This document shows positions 36,624-48,800 of a stretch of 64,000 bases of DNA, piece by piece (within the stretch, counting starts at the first letter, position 1; the number at the start of each line of letters is the position of its first letter). A program made the position numbers and the translations under genes. The DNA is from Phoronis australis. Its lineage: Eukaryota > Animalia > Phoronida. The DNA is taken from the NCBI GenBank assembly GCA_002633005.1, contig NMRA01000114.1, forward strand, positions 898,827-962,826, given 5' to 3'. Below the pieces are notes generated by a model that saw only the letters and a program-made list of their open reading frames with translations, was not told where the DNA came from and did no database searches.

Positions 36624-38819
36624 GTAATGTGACACTGCGTTTCTTGCTAAGACAAAATAAAAAATAGATAGTGCTAGTAAGTGTATTCTTAGTTGCTTTA
36701 AAGCCAGTAAAAAAACGAATGACGATAAATATAGGGCCCGCTCAGCCCACAAGTAAAGTGAAACTATGGTTCTTGCTGAAGCCTAGGATCTAATTTGAAT
36801 TACATCTGAGCACGCGGCAAGATGACAAAACATATAAGTGATTTGGCACATTGATTTTGTTAAAACGAAACAAGAACATAGATCATGCTTATATGTGTTC
36901 TATTTTTATTGTTATCTAGTCTTTAAGAAAAAACAACGAAATAACGGCAACTAGACAAACATAGTTTGCTTTTTTCAATCAGATCGTCCAAAGAAACCGT
37001 TTAATGTAAAGATACCTAGACAACGTCACAGGCATAATATTGTAAGTGTGATATCTTTTGTCCCTGAATTTAACGTGCTTCAAAACTTATGCATGTCAAC
37101 TGATAAAAGGATAATGGGTATGTCTCCGAAAAGAAGTCTTTCGGCGAATCTGCTGACAAGAAGTTAAAACGAAATATTCTAGCAGATCTTTAAAAACAAA
37201 TATTCATGTCTTGCCACACATCCTATGAATAAGCTTATAATACCTACAAGAGGATAAGGACAATACATGTTCGTACAAGATGAGAAAATAATTTTAGGTC
37301 GCACCAGATGATCCTAAAGTTAAAGTTGAAAATTTGAGTATGAACTCAAAATCTCGAGCTTGAACCCAAAAGTCACTTATATTTAACCATCAAGTACGAA
37401 TCGGATTTTTGTGAGAAGAGAAGCAATAGTCGAATCTCGCCGTAATACCCAAGATGTCGCAATATCCGCAAGCACTTTTATAGCCACGTTTGCTCGACAA
37501 AAGAGTTCTGCGTGTTTCCTATCCTATAACTTATAACGTCGTCGTGTCGACATTGGCCTACCTTTTGAAATTTCCAAATTTAACAAATCACTTGACTGTG
37601 TTTTCTTATTCGGTTGTGTTAACAAAATGGCGTCGTAATCGCTTGCTTAATTTCTTCTATGACAAGAAACGCGGAGAAATCTCGAGAGCTCCGGGGAATG
37701 CTCCTATAAATGACATACACGGAAGTGCAGTTCAGATGGATTGGGGGTTTCGAAAAAGTGTTTTTGCAGGTTTGAATTTCCCACGAAAGGGTTCACTACA
37801 TAAATTACAATAGGGCGTCTGTCTATTTTGCAAAAGACTCTATAGGTGGTTTCAATCCAAATGGTTGTTTAATTGAACCTTAATTCAATAAATAGGCAAA
37901 TTATACGAGGCTCAAAAACGAAATACGTAGAAAACCTATCTTTACAGAGACGGTCTTGAACTGGCTGTTTTTGATGGTGCAAACTTATAGCCTTTAAAAA
38001 GTGAGTTACACATTTTCAAGCGAAGTGCGGGACCAAAATGTTTTTGAGTACCCCTGAGCGAGAGCTGCAGCATAGGGGCGTTACTCGTGACATTTCCGTC
38101 ACAAGGTAGTCAGCACCGGAGAACACAAGACATATTATTATAACTGTTTTTAGCTACAACTTGTGGTTTGCAGTTTTGCAGAAATTGAGATTATCCTCAA
38201 ATTCATTTTTGCTGCTGCCACCAAAACGTGGTATATTGAGGCAGCTAGATGTGAAAGGAAACAAGAGTTTTACGATAATTACTGTTATCATAAGGGCCAC
38301 TGCTAAACCATGGGCCCCATCAATATAAAATGGTGCATAATTTAATAAAAACAGAAGCAAGAATGATAGTTAATTCCCACATCTCTTGCGAGGGGTTATG
38401 TGAAATAGTGGAGCTTTTCATTTATATAAAATTCGTCTCCAAGAGTTTATAATGTTTCGTTAAAGAACTGGTGAACTACGTAGTTTGTGTACGTGTAGTT
38501 TCTACAGTACCTCTCCTGCTGACAAAGTATAGCCGTGTGATCTGAGTATAATCCACTCAGCAACTATCCCATTGCAAACACGGACACCGTTTAGCTTGGT
38601 AAAAAACGAAAATGGGTCTCATGACAGTCTTCAATAGTATTTCATTTCCGCTTCCAGCAAGAATGCCAAAACCATCAGCGACTCAATAAAACTCTTTCAA
38701 AGTTTATTGGAGTCGAAAATGGGGCATGTAAACAAAATGGAATCGTGTCACAGTACGGAATATCATGAGATCGATTTTATGAGAGTACAAGAACTAATTC
38801 GAGTTTTGTTTTTATTCAG

Positions 38820-38873
38820 CTCTCTCTCCCTCTCTCTTTCTCTCTCCCACTCCCACTCTCACTCTCACTCTCT
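38820..38873. repeat. (CT)n/(CTCA)n microsatellite
   Basis: Direct inspection. Confidence 0.8.
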
Positions 38874-41800
38874 TTTTGCAAAATTCCCCGAACGAACACC
38901 AAAGAGTGAATACAGCACACCTAATTGGCAATGACTTCTAACTAAATTTAATTTCATCTCCCTTCTACATGTGTCACTGTCTGTATTTTCAATTATGCCT
39001 AAATCTCGGGGAAATACTTTCTCTAATACACCTGTAAATTTTAAAGATGTTCTTCCAGCTCACCGTTCATACAGCACTGTAGTTTCAGTGCCAAATTAAG
39101 CCAACCCATCACTAGCTGACCAATCAGGGGGCTGGACCTTTAAATCCCCGATAACAAAGCGAGTAAAGGATGGTAGTATATCAAGAACTCGGTAGAGAAA
39201 AATCAGAGGAAAGAGCCATGAGTGGTGGTACAGTAAAACAAATATAAACGGAAACCTCGGGTGTGTCAGATTAAATGGATCTCGGGAGAGAGCAATGGCT
39301 GATATCACCCTTGGCATCGGTCTATGTAATGTAGCACGTAAATGCATTTCCTAATAGGTGACTTGGACAAACTTCCAAAAACTGGCGGGTGCATGTTAAC
39401 GGGCAGTTCGATATCCGCATTATTACGTATAAATATCGAACTGCGAGTAAGTGTGGGAATTGGTCACAATGTAAACTTCAGAAACTTTCTTATTTGCATA
39501 AGTTTCACTATAAACAATCAACCGACACATTGTTGCGAAATAGTTGTTGGTTCCAGTGGCAATTAATCTCAATGACAATTTTTATTGATTACGTTATTTG
39601 TATATTAAGTATTAGTATCGAACAGTCAAACATTGCTTTGTTGTTTAGGCATAAGTACAGAAATAAGATGCCTTACATTGGCTGTACCTAGCAACTAAGT
39701 CTAAATGGGACTAATATGATAGTAAACGCATGTGAAGCTATGCTCGCCTGGTTCGGGAGTTTCAGAAATCGACAGTTTTGGTGTATAAGGCATTAAAAAC
39801 ACATTGAAGGAATTATTCAAATTGACGACACAGCAAAGGCAGCCTTATGTTACATACATATGCTATCTTTTGCCTTGCGTAGATGTTAGTGTTTTGTGCG
39901 TGCGTTAGTGGGAGTGAATGCGTGTGTGCATGCTTGCGTCTGTGCCATGGCAACAGCTATCCTTCCTACACCCTGGCGACGAACACCTAGCATTTTCATA
40001 TTAGTGTTCGGTGAAAATTTACCAATGTTCAAATATGACCTTAAATTCGTTGGCTTACTGATTCCGAATTGTGATATCAAATTCTGAAAGTGTTTTCATG
40101 CAAAGTCTAACATATTATTTGTTCTATTTCGATTCAAATTTATTTCGCCTCCTGTATTACCCCAACGTTGGTCATTTTATTATTGATAGTCCACCAAATT
40201 CATGAAATAAAAGAATACTTTCGTGGAGTGCGTTCACGCCTCAGCGGTCTTGTTCACAATTGAGCGGATGACCGCTCAATTGTTATCAATTCGTTCATTG
40301 AGTAATGCATGCTTTCGGTATATCAATACATTGCTTTGAATTAGTCATAAAACACGAACTGTCGTATCTATTATCAACGTTGCTGAATAATTAGTCAAGC
40401 AAGAACCAGTTTCATTTCTGAATAATATTCTGATGTGGTCTTCAGTAAACTTAAAGGACATACATATTTTAAAAACTTGACTTTTAAAACCCTTATAATA
40501 TTCAAACTTTCAAACCTTAGAACTAATCAATTCTTGGCCCTTGACAATGTATTGACAAAGTAGGGAAAGGAAAAGGGCTCTCATGAATACACAAGAACAC
40601 GCAAGACCACGCGAGATATCGCCATGCATTGCGAGCGAAACACGTGGTCCACACATCCTTGGCTTCGTACAATAACGAAACTCCAACCAGGAGTAAGGAT
40701 TGTCATCGCCATGGTAAGTCAACAAAACACTCTTGTCCCACAGTGCATATAAGGAAGTGGACCAGTCTCGCAGCACACAGGTACAACTGTAGTCAAGGGA
40801 CGCAAATAAATCGTGGTATCCGAATGGCGCATGTAAGTAGTTTTTAAAGGTAACTTGCATAAAAATTTGATCTTGTCTTGCTAGTATTTTTCAAAAACTA
40901 GGTAATGGAGTTGTTTCTCAAGCACATGTCATTTCGTTTTTGAGAAACTAATCTTGCGGATTTGCTCTAGTTCTAGATTATGAAACAATTAGCATAATTC
41001 TGGCATCGACTTATATTTTAAAATGATTAACATTTTCCAAATTGAATAATCTGCTACTTGGAATAAAAGTCATATTCAATTTTTGATAAGTTAGTTAATG
41101 TCGAAAAACACCTACTGTTTTACGTTTACAATACAATATGTGTAGAGTGCAATAAAACAACAACCCCCAAGTGCCGAACGCCGCCTCAGTGCACAACACC
41201 ATAGAGTTGAACAATACAAATATATATGTTAGAATTAAATATAGAAGTAAATAGTAGATTAAACAAACACTGTTGAGTCTATATCATACACTAATGATCT
41301 AGCACCTATAACCACGATACTTTACATTAGAAATGAAATGGAGTTGTAGTATTAACGATTTAGGTTCTTCGTAGCTCTTGTTTTGTTGAGAAATTTGACA
41401 AAATAGAATTACGCGTGTCAGTCAGATTGCGTGCAACTATTTGAATTAAATGCCTTCCAGGTCACAAAATATGAATGACGCAGGACAGTTTTATGGTTCT
41501 GACAGGAGAAACACTTGCTAAAATGGTTAATAAACTACTTAAAGAGTAAATCTAATATCTGTTTCTCGTTTCTAATTTCCAAGAATTTGGGAGAATGGAA
41601 AAATTTCATACATGTTTTAAGATCAACGGGAACTTGATGAAAGTTCCATTTATTTCGTAGGAAGTTTTGTCTCACAGTGAGAGGACGAGGTTTAGAAAAA
41701 CGGTAGTCAGAAAACGAAAGTCTAAAAATGGATGATTTAAAAAGTGATTCACCACTTCATCACGACGAGTTTGGTTTGAGTGTAAAAGGTACGCTTGATT

Positions 41801-42867
41801 CCCAATTACTACCAAAAATGGAAATCACTAAATCCCACAAAATATACCGAAGTTCCTTGGTGTCTAAAAGGAAGTGAATGGTTTTTTGAAATTCAGAGTA
41901 CATACTGACACCCTGTATAACAAGTTTAGATATGGAAATTACTTTGTTATGGTGTGGGTACGTTTAAAACGTCATCATTTTTGTCTTTGAGTATACTGTT
42001 CCAGTTCAAGTGTCGTGTAAATGGTAAAAGCACTACTAAGACAACGTGGATGTAGAATCATTATCAGTCAATCTCACTGGAGCAGAAATTTTCTAAGCGT
42101 AACTAATCTTTTTCGTATTGTGATTCATTGAAAGGTGACCTGAACAATCCACTTAACATTTCAAATTTTAAGCCTTTTTCTGAAACCGGGAAACTGCACT
42201 GCTTAAATGGTTGATTCGTTTTGCAACTTTCGTTTCCTCATCAACGAATTTTTTTGTAAAACCGTGTTCACTCACGGAAACACAAAAGTTCTTAAGATAT
42301 GTTTATATTTGTCAGGAATTTCCTAAGTCTATGATCTGCGCCATTATCTAGCAGTCCTCTTACTCTTTTAGTAGTTCATGTTGAAACTAGATAAGGCGTC
42401 AGTGGCATTTCAATTATTGACTTTCAGAACTAATTCATTTCATCGATCCGAGCGGAATATTTGTCGTGATCCAGAGTAAACATCTCAATTGAAAATCCAT
42501 AGTGCGCACAAGGTGCTTATTTTGTTTGTTTGTTTGTCATGTCTCTCGGTGTTCATATACAAAGCTGCGCACCTGAAGAAAGGAGATTTTTTCGACCATA
42601 GACATCTACATGTATGTCTATGGTTTTGACACTCCGAGCGCCTCTATATCAAGCTTGAGCCTACGCATCGGGTTGAACTGTCAAATTCACAGCGAGGTTA
42701 TGTTATTCCCATTTGACGTTTTCTGAGTAATTTTTTACATATAAGATTGTATGTAGATGAAGAATTTGGTATCATTATCAATGTTTCATTATTTTACGTA
42801 TTTTCAGTAAAGTTATATTGCAGGAAACTGAAATATTTCACTGAAAGCGTGATCCGACATCCAGTTT

Positions 42868-42888
42868 ATGATTGGGACCGTGGTGGTC
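42868..42888 (+). CDS. Tentative start-codon exon (MIGTVVV)
   Basis: ATG followed by a phase-0 donor GTACGC. It supplies the Met missing from the 45522 exon. Acceptors upstream at 42807 and 42823. Confidence 0.35.
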
Positions 42889-45800
42889 GTACGCTGAATT
42901 GAATTTACCTACGCACAGCAAGCTCAGCCTTTTTTTCAATATTATGTGTCCCTTCCATTCTTTGGAAAAGTAGATTTTAGTGTTTTTGTGAATATTTATT
43001 AAGCAAATATCTGGACATTCATTGGTTTCGTAAGACTTCTGTTCTGGAAAGGATGGTTGTCGTTTGACTATTTTAGTAATTTGTCGATATAAACACATAT
43101 CTGGACACTTATGGATTTCATTAGAACTTGGGTCTTGAAAAATGATTGTCTTTTGACTATTTTAGTATTTTGTCAATATAACCACAAATACGAACACTTG
43201 CAGTTAAAGGAGAATGCTACCCAAAAAACAACCTATTTTGTATCAATTTAGGTCGAGTAGTTCTACTCGATAACGGCAGGTTCGGTTACGTTACGTTACA
43301 TGACACCTGAGGGCAGACGGAGGTATTGAAATTATCCAATGACGTAATTGGTTTCACACGCAGTCTGTTCAGCAGTTCACAACAAGGGTTAGTGGTGTCA
43401 GCTTATCGCTTAAATTCATCGTTTAACACCAATAAATCATCAAATTTCGATATAAAACCCTTAAAAATACACCGAGTTCTTATAAAAACGTGTTGTTTTA
43501 TTTCACTGTTACGGATTTACTGGTATTTGGACACACCGTAGCCTACAAAGTTCGGCAGGCCTATTTACCAAGGTCCGCAGCAGGAGCTTGAGGTTTGTTC
43601 GGAGATAAATTCGAAGTATTCTTCCGAGAAATACAGACAGGAGAACCTAGATCTGTGTTGTTTATGCTTGTGATTTTTTTAGTTCTAAGCACACAAAACG
43701 CTTGTTATCCCGATCAGTGGCTAAGAACCCGATCAGGCCCTTCGCGGCGGCGGCCGGGACTGAAACGATGATAAACCAGCTTGAGTTTGAAAGTAAACCT
43801 CCCGTGCAGTCACGAAAAGACTATAATAGTGAGCCAAAGAAATAATGTGCACGTAATTATTTATCATGTGAATTAGCCACGAAACCGAAAATCTAATTAC
43901 TTGTCGGGGGCTGCGAAGTCGGTTCCCCTTCCACAGACCGTCAGGGCAAATGTTGTAGAGTAACAATGATTTGAATAACGTATTTGTATTTCTAAATAAA
44001 GATTCCCCTAACACGTGACAATAGCATAGAAAATCAAGTTATTGTTTCACAACAGCTTTCTGCCAGCAAACACTGAATTAGTATGCGCTCACACGGCCTT
44101 GGTGCCCGGTCAACTTTGTTGCCGGCATCAAAAGCCGGTAACGCAGTAGTTTATTCATTGCTGGCTTCTCAAAACATTTGCACTCACGAGCACTCCAAGG
44201 CATTACAGATTGTATCTAATGCGACAGACTTTGTTTCAGTGTCATATAAGCATTGGTAAGGATTTTTTAGGATGAGAATAATTCATTTTGAAACAGAACG
44301 CAGAACAATAAACGTCTACATGGCAACTCGCTCGGCGCTCATACAGACTTAGTCGAGAGCTCATCCGACTAAGACTTCACTGGTCGGATCGTTAGGTTTT
44401 ACAGGCTATCAGTTTGAACCGGAATACCCTGATACTAGAAGGGCGCGGTGAACATGAACAGGCAACGGAACGTATGGATAGTTCTTTGGTGAGCTGAAAT
44501 TTGTCAGAGAAATCACTGTCGGCGAAATGCCAGCCAAAGACACGGAGAAGTTTCACGGCCTCATACTTGCTATTAACAGCATACCTTTCATTCTTCACTA
44601 CCGCGAGCCACTTCCTAATCATTTAGAGCTCTCGAGGAAGTCAAAAAAAACGATATACCCGCATTCTTCGCAGCTTCATAGTTCGGACAAGCGGGAACGA
44701 TGCATCGCAATATAGCGGCATTCACTCTGCAAACGAACCCTTGACATCGCTGCGTCGCGACACCTCTCGGCAAGGTGAGGTCGACCGTATTAGGGCGATG
44801 TGGATATAGACCGATTAAAACGATAAAAAGACTAATTAAATTGGGTGGCATTCTCCTTTAAATCCATCTAAAATTATGCAACTTCAAACGTGGATTTTTG
44901 TTCTTATTGAACTAGAAATACTTTATTCAGTAATGCAAGAAGAAAATAAATTTCCAGTGAAAGTACTCAAGAAATTTTCTCATACAGCTCAGGGCTCAAT
45001 GACTGTTCGTGTAAATAGACGAATAAACTTTAGCAATTTTACTAGCAAGACCGTAGTTCTCCCATTACCAAACATGAACCACTACAAAGCTATGAAATCA
45101 TGACCTGACAGTACCGGAAGGTGATATAGAGTTTCACTCCTGAGTTCTAGGGGCAGTTTCTTGACCAGTCTATTGTCTTGGCGAAAACTCAGTCTATGGG
45201 TGGCTTAGACTGTCATGAAATCAGGTTTAGTCTAAAAGTTGAAAAGTCTGTCTACAATTGGAAGCCAAAATACAGAAGTACATAGTCTGCTTGGGAGCAG
45301 ACTAAAAGCCAAAGTCAAAAAACAAAAAATCAACTTTTGGGTATACACTTTTCGAGAAACAGGGCCCTGAAATAGTTTGATAGACCTACAGCAAAGTGTA
45401 GTTCGACGAAAGTTCCCTGCACATTACAGTGTAGTAAAATACATCAAGACATTGTGTTTGATATTGCTACGTAGGTGAGAAAAGAGGTGTAATACTGTAC
45501 TTGAATGTTTTTCTTTTTCAGTACACTTTTCTCCTGTTGGTGGCGGCAAGTCTTGTCAATGTCGGTAAGAGAAGAGGTTACCTTTTCTAACTTTTCACAA
45601 GCCTGCTTCTTATCCTATGCGCAGTGTATACGATTCCTTCGTTTAATATACCGCAGAGCTTACCAAAGTGCATTCGGAACATCTCTTGTACTTTCATTGT
45701 TTCAAATTTCGCATAGGAGATTATTCATATCTGTGTGTGTGTGAACCTCAATCAAGTCATGTGAGACTACCCTTCTGATAATAGACATAGAGTTAAATAA

Positions 45801-48800
45801 AAATCAACCTTTGATTCAGAACACTGTTGTTATGAAATCAGTATTAATTGTTCCGTACTCCAGTCCAGTGCTTCAAACGATCTGGCACTTCGTAACTTGT
45901 TGCGAACAGGTTCGTTTGTCACGACGTGTCATTTTATGGCGCTTAGCAAACCCAGAAATCATTTCGAATCTTGAATATATAATGAAAGGTTGAGACCAAC
46001 TGTACATCGATAACTGGCCTAAATCAATGGTTCTCTTCTAGGACGGGACGCGGTTTTATAGATGTGTTTTTAATTCAAATTTAATCCATTGTTAAGGCAG
46101 CACTTTACGAGGAACACTAATTATCTAGAATAACGTCGCGAATGATTTTTCAGGTTTCCTAGGGAACATGATTTTTAACCTTATTGCTGATATGAAGTTT
46201 GTACATGCGCAGTTATGAAATATCTCTGTGGCTAAACTTGAAGCTATGAAAAGACTGAGGTTATGAGTGGTGTCCGGAGACCTTGACGGGAGTGATCTAA
46301 ACCGAAAAACGGCATTTTGCTAGATTGCATTTAACGGATATTGTATGTAGGTCACTATACAATCGGATGATCCACAAGGAATAATCGAAAAACGTATCTT
46401 GCAATACTATACTTGACTTTTATTGGCAAAAATCTATCAGAATTTTAAATTACGTATACCAATCAAGTATAACGAAAATGGTCTCAACTTTTTCCACGAG
46501 AGTGCTAATGAAGTTTCATCTGAAACCCCAGGGTGAACAGCCTAATCAATTCCAAAACCGAAGTACTCACATATCAGACCACATGTCATAAAAAAATGAG
46601 TTTGACTTTGTCATCAACATAATGACAGTCCATGGCAGTGTTGCTATAATCTGATTAATATTCGATGGTGGGTCATAATAATCTTAGTTACACACACTTT
46701 AAGCTGTTTGTTTTTTGGGCGGCAATTCTACTTATCTTTTTTCTGACTTCAAAATTGTGTAAACTTTGTGCTCAATTTTTTCCCAACGCAGTGACTGTCG
46801 ACGTGATCTATTTAGATGTAAAGTATATTGAACGGAGTTGTTCATTGGATAATATCGTAATACAACAACGGCAACCAAGGTACCGTAAAATTAATGATAA
46901 AATTGGCGATTAAGGTCCCATAAAACTCTACCTTTATTACAAGTACTCGACGTTTCACAACTTCCACTGAGCTGTATTATCAAGAGAATGAACACACACA
47001 ATATACAAAACATGTGGCGGGAACATTACAAAGACTATGACAATATCTGGATGTCATATGATGACAACATTCTTTTGAGGCGGGGTTGGTCTAAGTTGTG
47101 AAACGTCGAGTACTTGTAATAAAAATGGGATTTGAATTTTATAAAACCTTGATCGTCAGCTTAATTCTCATATTGTTGCCAAAAATGGACATAATTTAGG
47201 ATTAAGCCTTCTTCATATACATATGTGTACTTATGAACTTGCATTGAAATCATTAAATTTCAACCCTTCTGACTCGGCCATATTTGTGTGTTCCACAAAT
47301 AATTTCAACACTCCTGCGGGCCTAAAACCATTATTGATACCCCTCAACCAACGATCACGGAAGTGATAGGCTTAAGGTAGGACTGATAGTATCATACAGT
47401 GACCTGTAATGACCAGAGCAGTACAGACGACAGAGTCTGCTGTAACAGGGATGATTTTGAATAGATTGCTCCCAGTTTATCTTCACACAATAACGAAAGA
47501 AAAACTCCAAAGTGACAAAAACATGATGTTAAGGTCGAGTTTATCCCTAGAAAAAATGTCTCATGATATGCCAATTATATGCCAACGATAAAATACGGGC
47601 ACATGTTAGAACGTAAACAAATGACGTTACAATCATCAGCCTATAAGCGCTGGGGGCTTACCAAATTCGTGGCATGTGATTAGATAGACCAATAAGAAGC
47701 CTGGGAATAGGCGTAATGAAGTCCAACACAAAGGAATTAGCCTGTAGGCCCTTTCATATTGACTTAACTCCTGTCTGAGCGGAGCGTCGACGTAAACAGC
47801 GCATTTAACTGGACCGTTCATACTGGCTTCAGTAGTAATGAACATCGAAGTAAACGGTAGGCGATACTGTCGCCATCGAAGTTATCGAAAGGTAGCGCTG
47901 CATGCTAAGACTTTTTTCAATGTGACAATTTGGGAACATTTACACGTGCTAATTGAAATTAAACTTATTTTTAAATCCATTGGTTATTATTAGAGCAAAA
48001 TATAAGCAGCTATTAGTGACGACACTATCCTGTAACTGTTGACGATAACAGTGGCACCTGGCGATAACTTCGATTGGACCGAAGTTAACCGTTCATACTG
48101 CACTGCAGCGTCGACGCTGCGCTGTTAAAACCATCTGTTAACTGCAATGTTAACTGGAGCTGTTAACTGCGATCCATGACCGGAGTTAAGCGTTCATACT
48201 GACCGCAATTCCCCAAACTATTGACGCGTCGACGTTAAAGGCCTTTTTGACCAGTGGGAACTGAAGAAAAAGAGGGTGTAAGATAAAATGGGTCAATTTG
48301 CTCACATAAGAATATTTACCATGTGACTAGTATCATTTAATTGGACTTACTTTGGAAAATAATATCTCAGAAGTGGCCTAATTCAAACAAAACTAACAAC
48401 GTTTCGGTTGTTTTTGTACTGCCAGTGTATCCCACGCCAAGTAGAAATGATGTTAATGATCGTGCTGTGTAAGGTAAAAAGTACGTCAATGTGAAGCTCC
48501 GATACCATTTCAAAATTGCCTCTGCCAATCCACACGATGTATCTAATACACTCTTTATTAAATGTTGTTACAGCTTTGTCTATGAAATACTGTAAAGTCA
48601 ACGACGACTGCGATGATCTGGGCTCGTTGGAATGCATCAAAAGCGGCTGCGAGTGGGGCATGTGCGCATGCCCAAGAGGCTATGTATCGCGCTTCATGGG
48701 TTCCGTTAAGAAATTCACTTGTGTTCCACGTAAGTATCTTTCGTATTCAGTGGTGTACTTTCGGTTTGCGGTTTCAGTATCAGAGATGATAACTTTGTCG

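Noticed and set aside
39947-40087. MATAILPTPWRRTPSIFILVFG as first exon of the plus-strand gene
   Set aside because: Weak donor and a phase that does not fit the 45522 exon, which already provides a better signal-peptide core.
39403-42625. Short hairpins at 39403-39444, 40256-40283 and 42595-42624 as terminators or ncRNAs
   Set aside because: Eukaryotic context with 11-12-bp arms; consistent with transposon end remnants and no other support.
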